Shown here one piece after another: positions 25,357-32,000 of a stretch of 32,000 nucleotides of DNA (position 1 is its first letter; each line of letters opens with the position of its first letter). The stretch lies in assembly GCF_001545095.1 (NCBI RefSeq), contig NZ_CP013213.1, forward strand, positions 300,001 through 332,000, written 5' to 3'. The translations under genes were made by a program, and so were the position numbers. Below the pieces are notes generated by a model. That model was not told where the DNA came from, searched no databases, and saw nothing but the letters and a program-made list of their open reading frames with translations. The DNA comes from Erysipelothrix larvae (GTDB lineage: Bacteria > Bacillota_I > Bacilli_A > Erysipelotrichales > Erysipelotrichaceae).

Positions 25357-26355
25357 ATGGCAACAATTAATGATGTCGCAAAAAAAGCAGGGGTTGGGGT
25401 ATCAACGGTCTCGAAAGTACTCAATAACTATGCTTATGTCAGTGATACGACGCGGAAAAAAGTAATGGATGCAGTCGACGCGCTTGACTATGTACCCAAT
25501 ACTGTTGCCAGTGCTTTATCATCGAAACAAAACAAACGGATTGCGATCGTTGTGTTTATCAATAATAAACGACAAGCAATCGATGAAATCAACATGCAAT
25601 ATCTCTTTGGGGCGTTTAATCGCTCCAAGGAGTATAAGTATGAACTCGTTACGATATTCTCGACAATGTTTGAGGATAAAAATAAAAAAGAGTTAATTCA
25701 GTTCTTCAAGTCTTTACAAGTCCAAGCATTAATCGTTTATGGACTCCATAAGGAACAACCGCATTTTAAAGAAATGATTGAAGAAGATCATTTCCTAAGT
25801 GTCGTTGTCGATGCACCGATTGTAACAAAGCGAACAACATCGGTTATGGTAGATCATTTGTTGGCACAATATGATATTACAAAACAGATGATTGATGGCT
25901 TTGATGGCAATCACTTACGTCAAATCCTGTATTTGGGAGGACGTCAAGATGGATTTGTTACAGAACTGAGACTTAAAGGTGTATTGAAAGCAGGACAAGA
26001 ATGTGGCGTTGACATCAATGTTCAATTTGCGGACTTTAGTGAACGCAAAGCCCATGATTTATGCATGAAATACGGTGAGAAAGCCAATATTGTAGTCTGT
26101 GCTTCGGATTTGATGGCCATTGGCGCAATTAAAGCACTCAAAGAGAAAGATATATTTAGACCTGTCTGTGGTTATGATGGCATCAAACTACTGGGTTATA
26201 TGAATTATCGCATCCTAACAGTATGTCAAGATTTCTTCGAAATCTCTGAGTCTGCTGTGGATGAAGCACATCGTCTGTTTTTGGGGGAAGAGGGACGTAT
26301 AAAACACATTGTTTATAAAATTGATCGTATTAACTACGACGATGTCATACTTTAA
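25357..26355 (+). CDS. malR: LacI/GalR-family transcriptional regulator (MalR-like by context)
   Basis: The N-terminal HTH ATINDVAKKAGVGVSTVSKVLNN...VSDTTRKKVMDAVDALDYVPN is followed by a periplasmic-binding-protein-like core. A GAGGTGGA RBS is present. The flanking gaps are 18 and 13 nt. Confidence 0.88.
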   Translation: MATINDVAKKAGVGVSTVSKVLNNYAYVSDTTRKKVMDAVDALDYVPNTVASALSSKQNKRIAIVVFINNKRQAIDEINMQYLFGAFNRSKEYKYELVTIFSTMFEDKNKKELIQFFKSLQVQALIVYGLHKEQPHFKEMIEEDHFLSVVVDAPIVTKRTTSVMVDHLLAQYDITKQMIDGFDGNHLRQILYLGGRQDGFVTELRLKGVLKAGQECGVDINVQFADFSERKAHDLCMKYGEKANIVVCASDLMAIGAIKALKEKDIFRPVCGYDGIKLLGYMNYRILTVCQDFFEISESAVDEAHRLFLGEEGRIKHIVYKIDRINYDDVIL

Positions 26356-26368
26356 AGAGGAGGAATTT

Positions 26369-28618
26369 ATGATTCGCGAGGAACTTTTGGCAATAACAAA
26401 CAATAACATCGAAGAAGCATCATTGGATGCTTTATATCAAGCAGTCTTATCGGTAACACAAAAACGCATTGAGAATATGGAACATGTTCACGGTGATCGT
26501 ACGGTTTACTATATGTCTGCGGAATTCTTAATTGGGAAACTCTTATCAAATAACATGATGAACCTTGGTATTTATCATGAAATCGCACAAACCTTGAAAG
26601 AACATGGTCGTGATATTTCTGAAGTAGAAGGCTATGATCCAGAACCATCCTTAGGAAATGGTGGACTGGGACGTCTTGCAGCGTGTTTCTTAGATTCAAT
26701 CGCAACCTTGGGCATTAATGGTGAAGGATTGGGACTTGTGTATCACTTTGGACTTTTTAAACAAGTGTTTGAAAATCACATGCAAGTTGAAACAAAGGAT
26801 GTATGGCTTGATAAACCATCATGGTTACGTAAAACAGATACCGTGTATTCTTTTAAACTCAGTGATGTGAATGTCACATCAAGAATGCATGAAATTGATG
26901 TCTTAGGATATCGTGGGAAAAAAACCACACTGCGTCTTTTTGATCTTGATTCAATTGATGAGACACTGGTAACACAAGGCATTGATTTTGATCAAAGTAA
27001 AGTGGATTCAAACCTAACCTTATTCTTATATCCAGATGACTCAACAGAACAAGGATTGCGTCTTCGTTTTGCGCAACAATACTTCATGACAATGAGTAAT
27101 GTGAGCTATATCTTTGATAAGCATCACGATGATATTGACCATCTCTATCAATCCGTCGTTGTACAAATCAACGATACGCACCCTGCGATGTCAATTTTAT
27201 TGGTAATCCAACGCTTGATGAAACATGGCAAATCATTTGATGAAGCATGCAGTGATGTTCAAAAAATGTTTGCATATACAAACCACACAATTCTTGCGGA
27301 AGCACTCGAAAAATGGCCGTTGAGCTATTTTGAAGCTATGGATCATGAATTAGTGGTGATTATTAAGAAATTACAAAAGAAAGTTGATGCGGTATCAAAA
27401 GACCCAGCGGTTGCGATTTTAGATAAAGACAAACGTGTTCATATGGCTTCTTTATCCATTCACTTCAGCTACAGTACCAATGGTGTTGCATCCCTACATA
27501 CTGATATTTTAGTGAATTCTGAGTTGAAGGCATTTGCAGATCTATATCCAGATCGCTTCAACAACAAAACAAATGGGATTACATTCCGTCGTTGGTTGCA
27601 ATTCAGTAATCCTGAACTAACTCAATATCTCATTGACAAAATTGGCGATGGATTCTTAAGTGAAGCAACCCAACTTCGTGCATTTGAAGCATTTAAAGAT
27701 GATGCGAGAGTCCAAGAAGATGTACTGCGCATCAAACAAGAACGTAAAGACGATCTTGTATCCTACATTAAGAAAACAGAAGGGATTGATGTAAATCCTA
27801 CATCTGTGTTTGATATTCAAATCAAACGGCTTCATGAGTACAAACGTCAACAATTAAACTTACTTTACATTATTCATATGATGCATGAGATTCGTGAAGG
27901 GCATCTTCCAAAACGTCCGGTAACCTTCTTCTTTGGTTCAAAAGCAGCACCTGCTTATACCATTGCGAAGGATATCATTCACGCATTGCTTACACTCTCT
28001 TCAATCATTGAAAAAGATCCTGTGGTATCGCAGTATCTTCAAATTGTATTTGTGGAAAACTACAATGTATCCAAAGCAGAACATTTGATTCCTGCGGGTG
28101 ATATTTCAGAACAAATTTCACTTGCAAGTAAAGAAGCAAGTGGTACAGGGAATATGAAGTTGATGCTGAATGGGGCCTTAACCTTAGGAACACTCGATGG
28201 TGCAAACGTAGAGATTGCTGATCTTGTAGGACCTGAAAATGTGTTTATCTTTGGAAAACACAGTGATACAGTCATTGACCTATACGCAACTTCTGGATAC
28301 AATGCACGTCATTACTATGAAACCAATGACAACATTAAACGTGCAATTGATACCTTGGTAAGTGAAGAAATGTTGAAAGAAGGAACACACGAAAACTTGT
28401 CACGCCTTCACCATGAACTAATCAGTAAAGACTGGTTTATGACACTCTTGGATTTTGATGATTATGTTGAAACAAAAAATAGAATGCTTGATGCATATGA
28501 GGATCGTCTTCACTGGGCGAAGATGATGATTGTGAATATTTCCAATGCGGGATACTTCTCAAGTGATCGTACGATTGCGCAATATGCAGACGAAATATGG
28601 AAGGTGAACCATGAATAA
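26369..28618 (+). CDS. glgP: Alpha-glucan (maltodextrin/glycogen) phosphorylase, GT35, copy 1
   Basis: About 750 aa. The PLP-lysine motif EASGTGNMKLMLNGALTLGTLDGANVE is present, along with GLGNGGLGRLAACFLDS and NDTHP. A GAGGAGG RBS precedes the ATG at 26369. The track start at 26309 overlaps malR. Confidence 0.92.
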   Translation: MIREELLAITNNNIEEASLDALYQAVLSVTQKRIENMEHVHGDRTVYYMSAEFLIGKLLSNNMMNLGIYHEIAQTLKEHGRDISEVEGYDPEPSLGNGGLGRLAACFLDSIATLGINGEGLGLVYHFGLFKQVFENHMQVETKDVWLDKPSWLRKTDTVYSFKLSDVNVTSRMHEIDVLGYRGKKTTLRLFDLDSIDETLVTQGIDFDQSKVDSNLTLFLYPDDSTEQGLRLRFAQQYFMTMSNVSYIFDKHHDDIDHLYQSVVVQINDTHPAMSILLVIQRLMKHGKSFDEACSDVQKMFAYTNHTILAEALEKWPLSYFEAMDHELVVIIKKLQKKVDAVSKDPAVAILDKDKRVHMASLSIHFSYSTNGVASLHTDILVNSELKAFADLYPDRFNNKTNGITFRRWLQFSNPELTQYLIDKIGDGFLSEATQLRAFEAFKDDARVQEDVLRIKQERKDDLVSYIKKTEGIDVNPTSVFDIQIKRLHEYKRQQLNLLYIIHMMHEIREGHLPKRPVTFFFGSKAAPAYTIAKDIIHALLTLSSIIEKDPVVSQYLQIVFVENYNVSKAEHLIPAGDISEQISLASKEASGTGNMKLMLNGALTLGTLDGANVEIADLVGPENVFIFGKHSDTVIDLYATSGYNARHYYETNDNIKRAIDTLVSEEMLKEGTHENLSRLHHELISKDWFMTLLDFDDYVETKNRMLDAYEDRLHWAKMMIVNISNAGYFSSDRTIAQYADEIWKVNHE

Positions 28619-30035
28619 TCGACGAGGCGGAATACTGCTTGCGGTATCGAGTCTTCCAGGATCCTTTGGGATCGGTGATTTAGGGAAACATGCTTATGAA
28701 TGGATTGACAAGTTGTCAAGTACACATGCATCATTGTGGCAAATTCTCCCATTAAACCCATTAGGGTATGGGAATTCGCCCTATCAATCCTATTCTGCAT
28801 TTGCCGGGGATGAAATATATATCTCTGTGGAGAAACTGTATCAAGCGCTTGGATTAAGTGTGCCAAGCTTTGATGTAAAGACAGGGCATGTTGACTATGA
28901 TGCGGTTCGAATTAAGAAAGATGTCTTTCTAAAAGAAGCGTATGCACACTTTGTACCGGATGAAAACTATGAGAAGTTTGTGAAAGAGACGGCATGGCTT
29001 CATGATTATGCTGTGTTTATGTCACTGCGTACGATCAATGGTTTTGTATCTTGGACACAGTGGACCCGACTCATACCAGATGAAGACATTGTGAATTACC
29101 ATAAGTTCCTCCAATATATTTTTATGGAACAATGGCTTGAATTAAAAGCGTATGCCAACGCAAAAGATGTTTTGATTATGGGAGATATTCCAATCTACCT
29201 AGGTCATGACTCAGCAGATGTATACTTTAACCGTGATCTTTTCTTCTTGGATGAAGATGGGACATCAACATTGGTTGCAGGTGTTCCACCTGATTACTTC
29301 AGTGATGAAGGTCAGTTGTGGGGCAATCCGATTTATGCATGGGAACGGATGGCAAAGGATAACTACCGCTATTGGGTTGATCGTTTGTCATGGAACCAGA
29401 CCATGTTTGATATCATTCGTATTGACCACTTTAGGGCTTTTGATACGTATTGGGTTGTGGATGGCAAGTCAACCACCGCTAAAGATGGTGAGTGGCGTAT
29501 TGGGCCACGCAATCAATTCTTTGATTCAATGTATGCCCAAATCCCAGATTTAAAGATTGTTGTGGAAGATTTAGGCGATTTAAGACCGGAAGTGCTTGAA
29601 TTACGGGATGATTACAAACTTAAAGGCATGCAAATCATTCAATATTCAATTAAAAAAGAAGAAATTGAACGGGATAAAACAATGCCGCAAAATCTTCTGA
29701 TTTATACTGGAACTCATGATAATCAACCAATTGGTGGCTGGGTTCAAGATAATACGTGGAAACGTAGAATGGAAGTACGCCGTGATATCGGCAAATGTGG
29801 CATCAAGGATTTCAACTTTATTGACCGTGTATGTCATTATACCCTTTCATTGAATGCGGACTATGCGATCTTACCGATGCAAGATATTTTGCGCTTGGGT
29901 AATGCAGCACGTATGAATGCACCAGGAACCGTTGGCAGTCCTAACTGGGAATGGAAAGTCGTGGATTTTGATGATGAATTTAATAAACGCTTGTTGAAAT
30001 TCAAAATCATGATGGAACAAACCAACCGAAACTAA
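28611..30035 (+). CDS. malQ: 4-alpha-glucanotransferase (amylomaltase, GH77)
   Basis: 474 aa. The N-terminal signature GILLAVSSLPGSFGIGDLG is present, along with IMGDIPIY and RIDHFRAF. The start overlaps the glgP stop by 8 nt. Confidence 0.9.
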   Translation: MNNRRGGILLAVSSLPGSFGIGDLGKHAYEWIDKLSSTHASLWQILPLNPLGYGNSPYQSYSAFAGDEIYISVEKLYQALGLSVPSFDVKTGHVDYDAVRIKKDVFLKEAYAHFVPDENYEKFVKETAWLHDYAVFMSLRTINGFVSWTQWTRLIPDEDIVNYHKFLQYIFMEQWLELKAYANAKDVLIMGDIPIYLGHDSADVYFNRDLFFLDEDGTSTLVAGVPPDYFSDEGQLWGNPIYAWERMAKDNYRYWVDRLSWNQTMFDIIRIDHFRAFDTYWVVDGKSTTAKDGEWRIGPRNQFFDSMYAQIPDLKIVVEDLGDLRPEVLELRDDYKLKGMQIIQYSIKKEEIERDKTMPQNLLIYTGTHDNQPIGGWVQDNTWKRRMEVRRDIGKCGIKDFNFIDRVCHYTLSLNADYAILPMQDILRLGNAARMNAPGTVGSPNWEWKVVDFDDEFNKRLLKFKIMMEQTNRN

Positions 30036-30041
30036 AAAGTA

Positions 30042-30100
30042 AAAAACGAGGCAAATCAATTGACTTATGTCAAATCAATTGGTCTGACTCGTTTTTATTT
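30042..30100 (+). terminator. Probable terminator with an unusually large, internally structured loop
   Basis: AAAAACGAG (30042-30050) pairs with CTCGTTTTT (30088-30096), followed by ATTTT. The 37-nt loop holds the direct repeat CAAATCAATTG at 30052-30062 and 30071-30081, and an inner TTGAC/GTCAA hairpin. Confidence 0.45.
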
Positions 30101-30111
30101 TCACATCTTAT

Positions 30112-30140
30112 TTGGTTTACATCCAATTTTGTGGTAAAGT
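30112..30140 (+). promoter_or_regulatory. Putative extended -10 promoter for the second phosphorylase gene
   Basis: TTGGTT at 30112-30117 is followed by 17 nt ending in TGg, then TAAAGT at 30135-30140. An AAAGGAG RBS lies at 30152-30158. Confidence 0.4.
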
Positions 30141-30166
30141 ATACAAGGAATAAAAGGAGATTTTTT

Positions 30167-32000
30167 ATGATTCGTCAAGAATTATTGGCGTTGCTTGGAC
30201 AAGATTTAGACGGTGTAACAATCGATAAACTTTATCACGCAGTGAACCAATGTGTACAAAACAAAATGAAAAACATACCCCATGTTAGTGGGGACCGAAC
30301 CCTTTACTATATGTCAGCTGAGTTTCTAATTGGGAAGCTCTTATCAAACAACCTTATGAATTTAGGCATTTACGATGAAGTAAAGGAAGCAGTAGAAAGC
30401 ATGGGCTATCGCTTATCTGACCTTGAAGAATACGAACCTGAACCATCATTGGGCAATGGTGGTCTTGGACGTCTTGCGGCATGTTTCTTGGATTCAATCG
30501 CAACACTGGGTCTTAATGGTGAAGGCTTAGGTCTAAACTATCACTTTGGACTGTTTAAACAAGTATTCGGTAAGGATCATTTCCAACATGAAACCAAAGA
30601 TGTGTGGTTAGAAAAACCAAGCTGGCTTACAAAAACAGATTTCACAGTTCCAGTAACACTGGGAAGCACCTCTGTGATTGGACGTATGTATAACCTTGAT
30701 ATTTTGGGATACAATGGTGAAAAAACAACCTTGCGTTTATTTGATTTAGAGAGTGTGGATGAAACACTAGTGGGTGATGGCATTCAATTTAACTTAGAAG
30801 CCATCGATAAAAACTTAACCCTTTTCTTATACCCAGACGATTCAACGGATGCAGGAAAACGGTTGCGTTTTATCCAACAGTATTTTATGGTGAAATGTAA
30901 CTTAGCATGGGTTTTAAGCCAACATGAAGCGCATATTGAAACCTTACACGAACATGTAGCGATTCAATTAAACGACACCCATCCTGTGATGGTGATTCCA
31001 ATGCTAGCCCTTGAACTTGAGAAACGTGGGATTGCATTTGATAAAATTGTGGAAATTGTCACCAAGACCTGTGCGTATACAAACCATACGATTTTGGCAG
31101 AAGCACTTGAAACATGGCCAATCTCATATTTTGAGACCATTGATCGTAACTTATCGGAAATGATTTGGAAATTAGACCGTGAAGCACGCTCACGCAGCAA
31201 AGATCCGTTCATTGGGATTGTTGGGTATTACTACATTGTTCACATGGCTGCATTAGCATGTAACTTCTCCCACAGCATTAATGGTGTTGCGGCGTTGCAT
31301 ACTGAAATCTTAAAGAAGACAACCTTAAAGAGCTTTTATGAGTTGTATCCTGAACGCTTCAACAACAAAACAAACGGAATTACCTTCCGTCGTTGGTTAC
31401 AATTCAGTAACCGTGAACTCACATCGTGGATAGAATCCAAGATTGGTGAAGACTTCACTCAAGATGCAATGAGCCTTGTGAAACTTGAGGCATTCAAAGA
31501 GGACAAAGAAGCACTTCAAGAACTTTTAGATATTAAACACCTTAAGAAACAACAATGTGTCGACTATATCTACGAGATATCGGGACGCAAGGTTAATGTG
31601 AATTCTATCTTTGATATTCAAATCAAGCGCCTTCATGAATACAAACGTCAACAAATGAACTTACTCTACATTATCTATCTGTATTTACGCATTAAAGATG
31701 GTGTTGTGCCAAAACGTCCGATTACATTTTTCTTTGGATCAAAAGCTGCACCCGCTTATGTGATTGCGAAAGACATTATTCATGCATTGCTTGTTATGCA
31801 AACATTGATTGAGTCGGATGAAGACGTTCGCAAACACATTCAAATTGTCTTTGTGGAAAATTACAATGTAACCAAAGCGGAAATGTTGATTCCTGCATGT
31901 GATGTGTCTGAACAAATTTCACTGGCAAGTAAAGAAGCAAGTGGTACGGGTAACATGAAACTCATGTTGAATGGTGCTTTAACATTAGGAACCCTTGATG
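30167..32000 (+). CDS. Alpha-glucan phosphorylase, GT35, copy 2 (3' end beyond the window)
   Basis: The frame is open from ATG 30167 to the window end and is not in the ORF track because no stop is reached. I translate it as MIRQELLALLGQDL...EASGTGNMKLMLNGALTLGTLD. It is collinear with copy 1, with well over half of positions identical by eye. Confidence 0.9.
   Translation, partial: MIRQELLALLGQDLDGVTIDKLYHAVNQCVQNKMKNIPHVSGDRTLYYMSAEFLIGKLLSNNLMNLGIYDEVKEAVESMGYRLSDLEEYEPEPSLGNGGLGRLAACFLDSIATLGLNGEGLGLNYHFGLFKQVFGKDHFQHETKDVWLEKPSWLTKTDFTVPVTLGSTSVIGRMYNLDILGYNGEKTTLRLFDLESVDETLVGDGIQFNLEAIDKNLTLFLYPDDSTDAGKRLRFIQQYFMVKCNLAWVLSQHEAHIETLHEHVAIQLNDTHPVMVIPMLALELEKRGIAFDKIVEIVTKTCAYTNHTILAEALETWPISYFETIDRNLSEMIWKLDREARSRSKDPFIGIVGYYYIVHMAALACNFSHSINGVAALHTEILKKTTLKSFYELYPERFNNKTNGITFRRWLQFSNRELTSWIESKIGEDFTQDAMSLVKLEAFKEDKEALQELLDIKHLKKQQCVDYIYEISGRKVNVNSIFDIQIKRLHEYKRQQMNLLYIIYLYLRIKDGVVPKRPITFFFGSKAAPAYVIAKDIIHALLVMQTLIESDEDVRKHIQIVFVENYNVTKAEMLIPACDVSEQISLASKEASGTGNMKLMLNGALTLGTLD

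Noticed and set aside
26776-26982. A pair of similar 68-aa minus-strand ORFs (26776-26982 and 30577-30783) could be mistaken for a repeated small gene.
   Set aside because: Both lie antisense to the same conserved segment of the two phosphorylase paralogues. Their similarity is a by-product of the paralogy on the plus strand.
796-28866. There are many other antisense or out-of-frame track ORFs. Examples are 796-1002, 1353-1577, 2906-3091, 3580-3819, 4427-4809, 5302-5526, 6537-7218, 7414-7761, 8509-8777, 9096-9840, 12711-13031, 13490-13741, 17465-18243, 18579-18833, 22352-22717, 24016-24487 and 28005-28866.
   Set aside because: Each is embedded in, or antisense to, a gene with strong family motifs. 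They have no RBS and no recognisable motifs.
1-32000. I searched for CRISPR arrays, tRNA or rRNA genes, intact IS elements or transposases, and toxin-antitoxin or known defence gene pairs.
   Set aside because: No periodic repeat-spacer pattern, cloverleaf-like segment, terminal inverted repeats around an ORF, or small adjacent gene pair was seen. All sizeable gaps are accounted for above.

Overview
This is an AT-rich chromosomal segment that uses the standard genetic code (TGA is a stop, TGG encodes Trp). It has AGGAGG-type RBSs, lipobox lipoproteins and rho-independent terminators, so it looks like a low-GC Gram-positive (Firmicute-type) organism. The taxon cannot be verified from the sequence alone.

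Content from left to right:
- The tail of an ABC-2 exporter and pepF.
- A divergently arranged L-ascorbate (ula) regulon. On the minus strand, a DeoR/UlaR-like repressor is co-transcribed with a membrane-anchored helical-repeat protein. On the plus strand lie ulaG, EIIA, EIIC, EIIB, ulaF, ulaE and an uncharacterised 342-aa gene. No ulaD is present in the window.
- An ECF sigma / single-pass anti-sigma pair.
- A 368-bp repeat-rich leader, followed by a TM-anchored solute-binding-protein-like gene translationally coupled to ung and folC.
- A 675-bp gap containing a possible integrase remnant.
- A large starch/maltodextrin/glycogen locus. It comprises a cytoplasmic alpha-amylase, a cytoplasmic type I pullulanase, malEFG-like ABC transporter genes, a lipoprotein GH13 enzyme, a LacI/MalR regulator, a phosphorylase, malQ and a second diverged phosphorylase that is truncated by the window end.

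No rRNA, tRNA, CRISPR array, intact mobile element or recognisable defence or toxin system was found.

The best candidates for undescribed biology are these:
- The 342-aa FG-GAP-like gene that sits where ulaD would be expected.
- The UlaR-like repressor coupled to a membrane helical-repeat protein.
- The ECF sigma / anti-sigma pair together with the orphan membrane-tethered SBP-like protein.

All family calls rest on motifs and remembered homologues read by eye. No database search was run.
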